A stretch of 64,000 nt of DNA from Mobula birostris (lineage: Eukaryota): the NCBI RefSeq assembly GCF_030028105.1, contig NC_092391.1, positions 4,995,223-5,059,222 of the forward strand. Direction: 5' to 3'. The notes below the pieces were generated by a model. It had not been told where the DNA came from. It worked only from the letters and a program-made list of their open reading frames with translations, and searched no databases. The position numbers and the translations under genes were made by a program. Below are positions 13,131 through 26,000 of the stretch, piece after piece (the first letter of the stretch is position 1; every line of letters starts with the position of its first letter).

Positions 13131-14605
13131 AATCATTTATATACAGCATAAAAAGAAGTGGTCCCCTATGGAACACTCCCCGTCACTGGCAGCCAACCAG
13201 AAAAGGATCCTTTTATTCCACTCGATGCCTCCTACCAATCAGTCAATGCTCAAACCATGCCAGTAACTTTCCTGTAATACAATAAACTTGAACTTGAAGA
13301 GTTGTTTCCCCCCCCACCCCCACACATTCTTAGTCTGGCTTCTGCCCTCTTCCTTTCCAATCCTTATAAAGTGTCTCAGTCCGAAATGTTGACTGTGTTT
13401 TTTCCCCCTCCGTAGATGCTGCCTGGTCCAGCATTTTGTGTGTTACATCTTTGATCGTTTTATATATCAACAGTTTTTTGTTTAAATTGTGATAATGCCT
13501 TTGTATGGTACTGCTCACACTCAACATATTCAGGCACTTGTGAACAAGCAAAAGCAATGAGGTGAAAAGTGGCAGAGGAATTCTGGGAAAAGTTTGCAGG
13601 CATGGTGTTTTTATTTATATAAATGATAGAAAGCAGAGACCCCAACACTGATTACTGTTGACAACTGTCATTCCCTTGAAAAAAAAATTTGTCCACTGTT
13701 TATTCTCCACCTGCTGAGTTCCTCCAGTATTTTGTGTGTGTTACCCTGGATTTCCAGCATCTGCAGCATCATCATGTTTAAGAAATTTGCAGCTCAGTTT
13801 GATGGTGTGTTGAGGAGAATGGGAAGGGTGGGGGGGAGGTTTACATGACTTCTTGCAGGACAGGCTGAGCCCCTCAATGTTTTACCATGTGTTCATGCAG
13901 TGAGATTGCCTTTTGAAGAGCCCGTCAGATTTTAGACCACAAGACATGGGGACCGAATTAGGCCACTCAGCCCATTGAATCTGCTCCCCCATTTGATCTT
14001 GGCTAATTTAAATCATAAGACATAGGAGCAGAATTAAGCCATTCAGTTCTGCCATTCTGTCATGGCTAATCCTGGATTGCATTTAACCCTATACACCTGC
14101 CTTCTCACCATAACCTATGCTGCCTTGACTAATCATGAAACAATCAATATTTGCTTTAAATATACCCACAGTCTTGGCCTCACAGCTGTCTGTGGCAGGG
14201 CATTCTACAAGTTCACAAATGACACAAAAGATGTTACGGATGCAGTGCGATCAGAACGAGATGCTTAATTTCTGTCATCCTGGTGTACCTATTTGATTGG
14301 ACATCTCATCAGGCAGATAATGCTGTGATAACAGTTGATAGATCTCTGGTTTCTCAGTATTGATTTTTTGTGAATTATGCTCAAACAGCTTCAAATCTTC
14401 TTTCCCTCATGTGCCTTAGGCACAAAAATAAGCCACTGGATTGAACAGCAAAAACTTGTGATGGAAATTGGACATAACAAACACAATGCTGGGTATACCC
14501 AGCTGATCAGGCAGTGTTCCGAGTAAATTTATCATCAAACTACGTCTATGTCACCATGTACTACCTCAAAATCTTTTTTTTGGAGGTATTTACAGGAAAA
14601 TACAA

Positions 14606-14871
14606 GGCACCACAGTGCATAGTGGTTAATGCGAGACTGTTACAGCATGGGGTATCAGTGTTCAGAATTTCGAGTCCGGTGGCCTCTGTAGAAAGTTTGT
14701 ACGCTCTTTCCTGTGCACACGTGTGTTTCTTCTGGGTGCTGTAGTTTCAACTCACAATCCAAAGACACATCGTTTAGTAGGTTAAATGGTGATTGTAAAT
14801 TGTCCTGTGATCAGACTGGGGTTGCTGGGCGGTGTGACTCAGTGGGCCGGAAGGACCTGTTCCACACTGTA
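14606..14871 (+). mobile_element. tRNA-derived V-SINE (HE1-like); 3' end continues after the Tc1 insertion
   Basis: A-box-like tagtggttaa and V-domain gtgtgtttcttctgggtgctgtagtttc; tail tgtctaaataaataaaa resumes at 16444. Confidence 0.75.
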
Positions 14872-16441
14872 CTGTGGTACTAGGGAGTTTGTGAAGCCTG
14901 CAGAATTTTCTCTGTTTCTGACCAAAAATGTGATTGGATCTTCACGCAAGTCCTTAAACTATATAAAGAGAACCAATTAAATAACACAAAAAAATTATAC
15001 TTGTTTATTTATTTATTGAGAAAAATAATCCAATACTTACATGTATTTGGTGGAAAAAGTGTGAGAACCTTTGCTTTCAGCAACTGGTGTGACCCCTTGT
15101 ATAGCAATAATTTCAACCAAATGTTTCCTGTAACTGTTGATCAGTCCTTCACCTTGGCTTGGAGGAATTTTACGCCATTCCTCCTTACAAAACAGCTTGA
15201 ACTCTGGGATGTTGGTGGGCTTCCTTGCATGAACTGCTTGCTTCAGGTCTTTCCATAACATTTCTATAGGATTTGGGTCAGGACTTTGACTCAGCCATTC
15301 CAAAACACTACTTTTTCTTATTTTTAAACCATTCTGTTGTTGATTTACTCTTGTCTTTCAGATCATTGTCTTGTTGTATTATCCAACTTCTATTAAGTGT
15401 CATGTTACGGACTGCTACACTGACATTCTCCTGTAAAGTGCCTTGATACGATTTTAAATTCATTGTTCCCTCAATGATTGCAAGCTGTTTAGGCCCTGAG
15501 GCAGCAAAGCAGCCCCAAACTATGATGCTCCTTCCACCGTGCTTCACAGTTGGTTTTGGTGTTGGTGTGCTGTGCCCTTTTTCCTCCAAACATAGCAATA
15601 TGCATTTCTGCCAAAAAGTTTAACTTTTGTCTCAATCTGTCCACAGAATATTGTCCCAGAAACATTGTAGAACATCCAGGTGGTCTTTTGCAAACTTGAG
15701 ACATGCGGCAATGTTTTGTTTTTTGGAGAGCCATGGTTTTTTTTCCATGGTGTCCTTCAATGAACCCCATTCCTATTTAGTGTTTTTCATATAGTGGATA
15801 CATGAACAGGGACTTGAGCAAGTTCTAGAGATTTCTGCAGGCCTCTTGTTGTTACCTTTGGGTTCTGTTTCCACTTCCTTCAGCATTGCATACTGTGCTC
15901 ATGGGTGATCTTTGCAGAATGCCCACTCCTAGGGTGTGTTTCCTCTGTTTGTAGACAATTTCTCTTGCTGTGGACTGATGAACACTCAAATGCTTTTGTA
16001 GTCTTATCCAGCTTGATGCATCTCTATAATTCTTCTAAGGTCCTCTGGAAGTTTTTTGGACTGAGGCATGGTGCACAAAAGCAGATTTTTCTTGAGAAGA
16101 GCAGGTGCTCTCAGTAACCTGACTTTGTGTATCTTTTCTATAGGGCAGGGCACCTCTGCAACTCTCACTTCCAAAGTCATCTCATTGATTGGAACATCTG
16201 ACTCCAAATAGCTTTTGTAGAAGGCATTACCCCATACTTTTTATGGCAAATACATGTAATATTGGATCATTTTTCTCAGTAAATAAATGAATGAACAAGT
16301 ATAAGGTTTTTTGTGTTAGTTCTTTAATTGGATTCGCTATCTAATTTTAGGACTTGTGTGATGATCTGATCACACTTTAGGTCATACTTGTGCAGAAATA
16401 GAGAAAATTCTATGGGGTTCACAAACTTTCTAGTACTTCTG
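14872..16441 (-). mobile_element. Full-length decayed Tc1-family DNA transposon
   Basis: About 190-bp imperfect TIRs flanked by TA at 14870-71 and 16442-43. Frameshifted transposase: MPQSKKLPEDLR (N-terminus), PTVKHGGRSIIVWGCF, QQDND, WLSQSPDPNPIEMLW (DD34E-type motifs). Confidence 0.93.
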
Positions 16442-16669
16442 TATGTCTAAATAAATAAAAATATAACAATTTATAAAAACTATACTTAACTGGACTGACA
16501 AACATCTGATGCGCAAAAGAGGGCAAATGTGCCAAAATAAATTTTGAAAATGTAAATAAACAACACTGAAAACATGAGCTGTGGAGTCGTTGAAAGTGAA
16601 TCCGTAGGTGTAGAGTCATTTCAGTGTTGTTCATGTTGCTTCAGGAGCCTGATGGTTAGAGAGCGTAAT

Positions 16670-17349
16670 ACAGTATAGGTTCTGATTAATTGGGGCAGCT
16701 GCTTATTTGGGACAACTCTTCAAAGGACACAATCTAGTCGAAAATAGCTGTGATTTCCTTTGTTTATTTGTGATGCTATTGGGACAGGAGACTGTTGCTG
16801 AACAGTTTCTAATGCGTCAGTTGCACGTGCAATTGGGTGGTCGTTAGAAACTACATTGTGCTTCGAGTGAACAGGTTTTTAAATAGCGGTAGCTGTGTGT
16901 GCTTGATTTATGTTATCCATTTGAGTTGAAAAACAGCAATTCAAAAACCAGTGGTTCTTTTTTTATCATTTTCTGCCAGGAAATTTATTGTTAATAATGA
17001 CACTACTTGCAGGAAGGCACTGAAGGCAGTCCATTATTTGCACTTGGTGTCAGAGCTGATTTTGTTCATTTACAGTCAATTAAAAGAACATGGCAGTGCA
17101 CACTGAATGAATTCCTCTGATAACGATTAGTGACTAATACAGTTTTATAGTACTGTAGTAGTATTGGTAGTGTTCTGATTTGTTCCGTATTTCATTTAAA
17201 TTCGTAATTTGTTACTCAGTTAACCAATGGTTGTCTTTTTTAAAATACTTTTAAAAATTATTTCCATGAAACTTCAGCTAATTTGGGCAGCTGGCTAGTT
17301 GGGCAAGATGTAGTGGTCTTGATGTGTCCTAATTAACCGGAATCCACTG
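16670..17349. mobile_element. Tigger/pogo-like non-autonomous element, opposite orientation to the 5688 copy
   Basis: ta|cagtataggttctgattaattgg ... aattaaccggaatccactg|ta. Confidence 0.72.
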
Positions 17350-17454
17350 TATTTCAGGTGGATTCTGTGGACCCGGTAGACTGATAAGCAGATTAATAAA
17401 CAGGTTAACATCTTTCTGAGAGGAACTGGTTTCACCACTTCCTGGTTAAGTGCT

Positions 17455-17835
17455 GAAAGGTTCATGAATATCAGATGGAACTGAACTCTTTATACCTATG
17501 GCACGCTCGTAACATCAATAAAGACCCATCCCATCCTGTCTGTTCAATCTCCTGCTGTATGATAGGAGATACAGAAACATCATAGTTAAGACAATAAGAC
17601 TGGAAAAACAGCTTCTTCCTAAGGGCTGTTGTGCAGCTGAATAATGCTACACCCCGGCTTGCCAATGACCTTTGAGCGTTTATGTACTATCAAAGTCACT
17701 TATCGCATGTAAATATGGGATTTTTAAAAAATTAAGTCATACTGCATGCAGTGTAAATATGTTTTGCAGGGAGTGGAATAGCACTGCAATCTCGTTGTCT
17801 TGGAAGCAATCACAATAAAATTCTATTCTATTCTA
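17455..17835 (+). mobile_element. Rex1/Babar LINE 3' fragment
   Basis: catcaataaagacccatcccatcc and agactggaaaaacagcttcttcc (KDPSHP, NSFFP-like); aataaaattctattctattcta tail. Confidence 0.6.
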
Positions 17836-18091
17836 GATATTTCTAATTATCCTCTATTTCTGCCTTCTCTTAGCAATCTAAGCAAATGGCCCAGATGTAA
17901 TAGAACAGCAAAAAAAAATTCCAATAGAAATCTGATAAAACAATGCTAAAAATACACAGTAGATCAGGCAGTGTTTGTGAAGAGAATAATGACTGTGTAC
18001 TGGGTAGTGATTATGTACTGCTGTAGTGAATTGATCTGTATAAACAAAGTTCCAAGTAAATTTATTATCAAAGTACATATATGTCACCATG

Positions 18092-19441
18092 CAGTACTGT
18101 GCAAAAGTCTCGAGCACATGTTAAAAAAAAATTCTGTAAAGTGAAGATGCTTTCAAAAATATTGAAAAGTTTCTATCAAAGAATACTATAAGGAACAGTA
18201 AACAGTGTGTTAAAAAAAAACAAACAAAAACACCCACCAAATCAAATCAACATGTGGTGTGAGCACCCTTTACCTTTAAAACGGCATCAATTCTCTTGGG
18301 TACAGTGTCGTGCAGCTTTATAAATAAATTGGCTTGTAGGGTGTTTCATGCTTGTCTGAGAACTTCAGTTTCAGTGATTTCATTTAACGTCAGAGAAATG
18401 TACGCAATATACATCCTGAAATCCTTTTTCTTCGCAAAGATCCACAAAAACAGAGGAATGCCCTAAAGAATGAATGAGAGTTAAATGTCAGAACCCCAAA
18501 GCCCCACCCCAGCTCCCCACCCACTCACAAGCAGCAGCAAGGCAACGACCCCCCCCCACTAGCAAAAAAAATATCAGTGCCCCTCATTGAGCACTCAAGC
18601 GTGCAGCGAAGTATCAGTAAAGACACAGACTTGCAATACCCCAAAGACCACTCATTCTCCTGGTAATTCGACATACCACAGTCTCAGTCTCTCTACCCCC
18701 CCCAACCCTTTCTGCACCCCCACCCTCTCTCCTCCCCCACCCTCTCTCCTCCCCCACCCTCTCTCCTCCCCCACCCTCTCTCCCCCCCCCACCCTCTCTT
18801 CCCCCCCCACCCTCTCTTCCCCTCTCTCTAATAAGGGAAAAACAGGTGTCCCCATTTCACAGTGAGAGGGGAGACATAACAAACAACTCGTTGATTTAGG
18901 ATATTAAAGTCTCTTGTGTCACTTTTCTGAGCTCTGAGAGCTTGGGTCTCTGGACACACTACAGCAGCTAACCTGCTGCTCCCCATGTTCCATGTTCTCC
19001 TGCGACGCCTCAGTCGGGGACACCAGCCTTGAATCAGCCTGTCTTCAGAACCATGAAAATCCGGCACTCTGAGGGTGCACTAGTCTTCCAAGGCCGCATC
19101 CTTGGGATATGAAAAAGCAGCCAGTCATGAGGCTCTGAGAGCAGGTCCCATTCCCACAAAGAGCCAAAGTCAGAGTGTAACTCCAGGTCCTGGTCTTCCA
19201 AAGAACCTTAAAAAGAAAAAAAAGAGATATCAAAGATAGAAATAGAGCTGTTTACAAAATGCAAACAAAGGAGTTGCCATTTAGCACCATCATCGCTTCG
19301 CTCTGCCACAGTTCTTCTGCAGACTTTGGTTGTCTTACGTGCTTCTGTTTCGCCGGGTAATCCCAGACATCCTTAATGATGTTGAGATCAGGGCTTTGTG
19401 GAGATGAAAGCATATTAAAAAATCTAGGGTGCACAGCACTG
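18092..19441 (-). mobile_element. Internally deleted Tc1-like element carrying a nested non-LTR insertion
   Basis: TIR ends cagtactgtgc / gcacagcactg|ta; ORF 19252..19479 SPQSPDLNIIKDVWDY is a Tc1 C-terminal motif; it interrupts a Rex1-type tail. Confidence 0.75.
18364..19300 (-). mobile_element. Non-autonomous non-LTR element with internal C-rich tandem repeat
   Basis: LINE-like tail tcagtttcagtgatttcattt...aatatacatcctgaaatcc; splits the Tc1 sequence; (ccccaccctctctcct)n at about 18695-18825. Confidence 0.55.
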
Positions 19442-20034
19442 TATACAATCCCGACATTCATTTTCTTGCGGGCATTCACAGTAAATACAAAGAACGAAAT
19501 AATAAATAAGCAATAAAGATCGAGAACATGAGATGAAGAGTCCTTGAAAGTGAGTCCATAGGTTATGAGAGCAGGTCAGTGTTGGGGTGAATGTAGTTGT
19601 CCCCTCTGTTCAGTAGTCTGACTGAGGGGTAATAACTGTTCCTGAACCTAGTGGTGTGTGTACCACCCTCCGATGGCAGCAGCTATAGGAGAGCATGGCC
19701 TGGATGGTGGGAGTCGTTGATGAATGGTGTTGCTTTCCTCCAACAGCAATCCACGTAGGTTGTGCTCAATGGTGGGAGGGCTTTAACCATGATAGACTGG
19801 GCTGTATCCACTACGGTATGCAAGACAAGCTTTTCATAATATCTCTGGACGTGGAACAATAATAAACCATTTTCAATATTGGGGATGATTTTACAGGTTG
19901 ATGCCCTTTCATCCCAGTTTTTCTCTCTCTCAAAGCTGCCTGTCGTGAGTTACTTACAACACTGTGTTTATATTGTCTAAAACGTGAGATGGTCATTATT
20001 ATTGCACTGAAATTCTGTACCATATCCTTTGATA

Positions 20035-20207
20035 CTTCCCCTCTGCCCACCCTCTTATTCTGGCATCTTCCCCCTTCCTTTCCAGCTCTGATGAAGGTTT
20101 TCGGACTCAAACATTGATTGCTTATTTACTTCCATAGATGCTGCCTGACCAATGTTTTGTGCATGTTGCTTCGAATTTCTAGCATCTGCAGAATCTTCTG
20201 TGTTTAG
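20035..20207 (+). mobile_element. Penelope-like pLTR fragment
   Basis: ccagctCTGATGAaggttttcggactcaaacattga...gatgctgcctgacc...gcatctgcagaatc. Confidence 0.7.
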
Positions 20208-20571
20208 AAAACACCCAGGCGAAGTTTACCTTTTTGCTTTTATGAGGGTCGTTTTTGCCGATAGAAAGCTGTTTTTCACGTTTCCCCAATCTTTCAATAA
20301 AGTATAAAACTACAATAAATTTACCAAGCAAATACAGTAAAACTAAAATATAGAATTTCTTGTGTTTATCCTTTGATGTTTGACAGTTTTTAACACAAAG
20401 CCCTGCACAAATGTGAGGAAGGAGTGCATGAGTGTGTACCAGTCCTTTGGTAACTGTGGCTTCATAGTGTGAAGTTTCACCCACAGACACTGAAGGAAGT
20501 TTTGTAACACAGGCTGTGTATTAGTTAATTCAGCAGTAAACACCGGTCTGTTGCAATACTTTCATTTGCAG

Positions 20572-20674
20572 GAATCGATGGGTAAAAGCTCAGATGGCAA
20601 ATCTTACATAATCACAGGCAGCTGGAATCCCAACACGCCACATTTCCAAGCTGTCAATGAAGAAACGCCTAAAG
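20572..20674 (+). CDS. RABGAP1: RABGAP1 internal coding exon (103 nt, phase 0-1)
   Basis: ttcatttgcAG acceptor, GTaata donor; [34 protein letters not shown]. Confidence 0.96.
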
Positions 20675-20832
20675 GTAATAAAATATGCTTATTTTAGAGA
20701 TTTGGAATTAAGATTATAATTTAAAATAATGCTTTCTTGTGGATTACCTCTAGGTTTTAATAAATAATTTGTTAATGGCAACACCAATTGTTTCATCTAC
20801 TTTTGGATGCATAAAATCAATTGCTGTTATAT

Positions 20833-21433
20833 ACACTCACATTATTAGGTATACCTGTACACCTCATTAATATAAATTCAATGCATAAAAGCATTGCAGA
20901 CGTGGTCAAGAGGCTCAGTTGTTTGTTCAGACTAGACATCAGAATGGGCAAAGAAGTGTGCTATAAGTGATTTTGACTGTGGAATGATGGTGCCAGACAG
21001 GATGGTTTGAGCATTACATAAATTACTAATCTCCTGGAATTTCCATACACAGCAGTCTCTAGAGCAGGAGTTTCCAACCTCTTTTATGCCATGGAATTTC
21101 AACATTTAACTGTTGGGAACTCCCGGTCTCGAGTTTACAATGAATGGTATGAGAAACAAAAAAAAGAATCCAGTGAGCAGCAGTTCTGTGGGTGGAAATG
21201 CTTGTTAATGAGAGAGGTCGGTGAGAATGGCCAGACTGGTTCAAGCTGACAGGAAGGCGACAGTAACTCAAATAACCAAGTGTTACAAAAGTGGTCTGCA
21301 GAAGAGCATCTCTGAATGCATAGCATATCAAACTTTCAGGTGAATAGGCTACAGCAGCAAAGGCCACAAACACATACTCAGTAGCCACTTTATTAGGTAC
21401 AGGAGGTGCCTAAATAAAGTGGCCTCCATGCGT
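20833..21433 (+). mobile_element. Tc1-derived non-autonomous element (N-terminal DNA-binding region only)
   Basis: Ends cactcacattattaggt / cctaaataaagtggcc; decayed GKK.DLSDFD.GM..GAR..G.SI and MARLVQADRKATVTQIT Tc1 N-terminus; small hAT MITE nested at about 21065-21126. Confidence 0.7.
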
Positions 21434-22089
21434 AGCAATTTAATTCTTCTAAAGTTATTGGATTAAAAGATCTCTTCTGCTTTATACTTTCCCTTATAAT
21501 TCCATTGTGTCATGGCAGAATGACCTACTTATGACAGAGCATTGCACATACATAAAATAACAGCATGTCCCAAGGCAATTACTTTAATTGCTGACTGAAA
21601 GCTTAAAGAAGATTGAAAGTATTTCAAAATTGAGTGATAGAGCAAAGATCATGCCCCTTAGCTCAAATAGTCCATGCTGACAAAGATTTCCATCTAAACC
21701 TGTCCCACCTTTTTCCTCAGATTCAGATTTATTTATCACAGCTACATCGAAGCAGACAGTGAAATGGGTCATTTATGTTAACAAGCAACACATCCAAGAA
21801 TGTGCTGGGGGCAGCTCCCAGTGTTCACCTGTATGCATGTGTTCAGCTCATATCTGTCTAGACCTCTCCTTTCCACGTCCGAGTACCTTTTAAATAGTTA
21901 ATATACCTGCCTCAACCACTTTGCCGGCTGCTCATTCTGGGCGGGTTGAAGGTTTTTCGAAGTGAATTTCATAGTTAGGGGTTTGGTGGTGAAATAAAGG
22001 AGATGTATTTCAGGAAGAGAGGGGGACATCCGGTGTTTGAATGATTGTAGCCTGAGAGAAGTCGAGCAGGAAGAGTTTCAAGATTGGGT

Positions 22090-22525
22090 AAATGTCGTGA
22101 AACTTGTGTTTTGTGGCTGCAGTACATTACACATAATTTTCAAAAATTAAATTACAACAAGTATATATAAAATTAAAGAAATAGTGCAAAAAGAGAGCAA
22201 GGAAAGAAAAAAATGTGTAGTGAGGTAGTATACATGGTTTCATTGTCCATTCAGAAATCTGATGACAGAGGGGAAGAAGCTGTTCCTAAAAACATGAGCG
22301 TGTGTCTTCAGGCTGCTGTACCACCTCGATGGTAGGAATGAGAAGAAGGCATGTCCTGGGTGATGAGGATCCTTAATGATGAATGCCACCTTTTTGAGAC
22401 ATCGCCTTTTGAAGATATCCTTAATGCTGGTTAGCACCCGTAATGGAGTTGGCAGAGTTTTCAACTTTCTGCAGCATTTCCCAATAATGTGCACTTCCCC
22501 CTCTATACCAGACGGTGATGCAACT
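22090..22525 (-). mobile_element. Rex1/Babar LINE C-terminus plus tail
   Basis: ORF 22240..22542 contains RCLKKVAFIIKDPHHPGHAFFSFLPS...FRNSFFPSVIRFLN. Confidence 0.8.
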
Positions 22526-22814
22526 GTCGAAAGATTCAACATGACATACAGAGTAGAGCTGATGCCCCACAGCTCTAGTGCTCCTGGTTTAATCTAGACC
22601 TCTGGTGCTATCCAAGTATTTCCCTGTGACTGTCTGGATTCCTCCCATATCCCAGAGTAGTGCAGGTTGGTTAATTGTACAATGTGTAGATAAATGGTGG
22701 AATCTGGAGGGAGTTAAAGTGTATTTATTAACAGTATTTATGTGTTACCATATACTACCATGTGATTAATTTTGTTGCAAATCTACAAGAAAAGCAAAAC
22801 AATAGAATTTGTGT

Positions 22815-23025
22815 GGTGGCACAATAGCCTAGTGGTTAGCATACAGTGCTAGCAGTCAGAGTTCAATTCTCATTCCTGTCTGTAAGGAGTTTGTACATTC
22901 TCCCTGTGAACATGTGGATTTCTTCCAGGTGCTCCAGTTTCCTCCTACATTCCAAAGACGCAAGTTAATTATCTGGATGTAACTGGGCAGTGTGGGCTTA
23001 TTGGGTCGGAAGGAGTTACCATGTT
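22815..23025 (+). mobile_element. V-SINE
   Basis: tagtggttagc A box, gttcaattc B box, V-domain tggattttcttccaggtgctccagtttcctcctac. Confidence 0.75.
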
Positions 23026-23027
23026 AA

Positions 23028-26000
23028 GACCATAAGACATAGGAGCAGGAATTAGGCCATTCAGTCCATCGAAGCTGCTCTGCTATTCCATCCTGGCTGA
23101 TCCCAGATCCTACTCAACCCCATACACCTGCCATATCGCCATATCCTTTGATACCCAGACCAAGCAGGAATCTATCAACTTCCACTTTAAATATACCCAC
23201 AGACTTGGCCTCCACCGCAGTCTGTGGCAGAGTATTTCACAGATTCACTACCTCTGGCTAAAAAAATTCATCCTTACTTCTGTTCTAAAAGGTCGCCCCT
23301 CAATTTTGAGGCTGTGCCCTCTAGTTCTGGATACCCCCACCATAGGAAACATCCTCTCCACATCCACCCTATCCTTTCAATATTTTGTAGGTTTCAGTGA
23401 GATCCCCACACATTCTTCTAAATTCCAGTGAGTACAGGCTTAAAGCTGCCAAACACTCCTCATATGTTAACCCCTTCATTCCTGGAATCATCCTCGTGAA
23501 CGTTCTCTGGACTCTCTCCAATGACAACACATCCATTCTGATATGTGGGGCCCAGAACATGAGTTGACAATACTCCAAGTGCAGCCTGACTAGTGTCTTA
23601 TAAAACCTCAGCATTATCTCGTTACTTTAGTATTCTACTCCCCTTGAAATAAATGCCAGCATTACATTTGCCTTCTTTACCACCGACTCAACCTGAAAAT
23701 TAACTTTCTGGGAGTCTTGCATGAGGACTCCTAAATCCCTCTGCATCTCTGATGTTTGAGCCTTCTCCCCATTTAGATAATAATCTGCTCTATTGTTCCT
23801 TTTACGAAAATGCATTATCGTACATTTTCCAACACTGTATTCCATCTGTAATTTTTTTGCCCATTCTTCCAATTTGTCTAAGTCCTGCCGCAATCGCAAT
23901 GTTGCCTCAACACTGCCTACTCCTCCACCTATCTTCGTATCATCCGCAAACTTTGCCACAAAGCCGTCAGTTCTTTTATCCAAATCATTGACAAACAATG
24001 TGAAAAGTAGCAGTTCCAATACTGACCCGTGAGAAACACCAATAGTCACTGGCAGCCAACCAGAAAAGGCCCCCTTTATTCCCACTCGCTGCCTCCTACC
24101 TGTCAGCTATTCCTCTATTCATGCCAGTATCTTTCCTATAACACTATAGGATTTGATCTTGAGCAGCAGCCTCGTGTGGCACCTTATCCAATGCCTTCTG
24201 AAAATCCAAGTAAATGACATCCACTGCTTCTCCTTTGTTCACCCTGCTTGTTACTTCCTCAAAGAACTCTTAACAGATTTTTCAGGCAAGATTTCCCTTG
24301 ACAGAAACCATGCTGACTTTGATTTAGTTTGTCATTAGTCTCCAAGTACCCTGAACCCTCATCCTTAATAATGGACTCCAACACTTTCCCAACATTGAGG
24401 TTAGGCTGACTGGCTTATAATTTTCTTCCTTTTGCCTTCCTCCCTTATTAAAGAGTGGATTGACACTTGCAATCTTCCAGTCCTGTGGTACCATGCCCGA
24501 ATCAAATGATTCTTGTACGATCATGACCAATGCATCTGCTATCTCATCAGCAACCTCTGTCAGGACTCTGGATGTAGTCCATCTGGTCCAGGTGACTTAT
24601 CCACCTGAAGGCCTTTCAGTTTGCCTAGAACTTTTTCCTTTGTAATAGCAATGGCACTCACTTCTGCTCCTTGACAGTCTTCTACACTGCTGGTGTCTTC
24701 CACAGTGAAGACTGATGCAAAGTACCCATTAAATCCATCTGCCATTTCTTTGTCCCCCATTACTACTTCACCAGTGTCATTTTCCAGTGGTCCAATATCA
24801 ACCCTCATCTCCCTTATACTCTTGATATAACTGAAAAAGCTCATATAATCCTGCTTTATATTAGCTAGTTTGCCCTCATTTCATCTTTTCCCTCCTTTTT
24901 TAGTTGCCTTTTGTTGGGTTTTAAAAACTTCCCAATCATGTAACTTCCCACTCACTCTTGCTGCCTTATATGCCCTTTCCTTGGCTCTTATGCAGTCCTT
25001 AATGTCCCTTGTCAGCCACGGTTGCCTAGCCCTGCCATTGGAGAACTACTCCTGTGGGACATAACTATCCTGTGCCTCATCAGCTATTCCCAGAAGCTTC
25101 AGCCATCTCTGTTCTGCCATAATCTCTGCCAATATCCTCCTCCAATTCACCTGGGCAAGTTCCTCTCTCATGGCCCTGTAATTCCCTTTATTCCATTACA
25201 ATACTGATACATGTTACTTATATTTCTCCCTCTCAAATTGCAGAGTGAATTCAGTTATATTATGATCACTGACTCCTAAGGGTTCCTTTACATTAAGCTC
25301 CCTAATAAGATCTGGGTTTTTACAGAACACCCAATCTTAGATAGTTTTTCCCGAGTAGGCCCAAGCACAAGCTGCTCTGCTGTTTACCCTTGCAGTTTCT
25401 TAACTCCACCCTCAAAGATTCAACGTTCTCTGACCCTATATTGCCTCTTTCTGAAGATGTAATTCCAGCTCTTACCAACAGAGCCACATCATTGCCCATG
25501 CCTTCCTGCCTGTCCTTTTGATATAAAGTATATCCTTTGATGTTAAGCTTTCAGCCACGACTCAGTGACATCCACAATGTCATACCGACCAATCTCTAAT
25601 TGCGCCACGAGTTTGTCCACCTTATTCCGAATGCTATGTGTATTTAAACACAGCACCTTCAGTCCTGCATTCTTTGCCCTTTTGAATTTTTCCTCTGTGG
25701 TACAATTTAACTCTTTGCTCTGTCTGCATTTGTACCCAATTATTGGCTTGTCCTTCCTTACGTTCATGTTACACCCATCATCTACTTGTAAACCCGCTGG
25801 CTCATCCTCAGCTCTGTCATACTGGTTCCCATTCCCCACCATATTAGTTTAAACCATGCTCAACAGCTCTAGTGAACCTGCCCACAAGAATATTGGTCCT
25901 CCTCAGATTCAAGTGCATCCCCTTCCTTTTGTATAGGTCACACCTGCCCAAGAAGAGATCCCAATGATCCAGAAATCTGAATCCCTGCTCCTTGCTTCAA

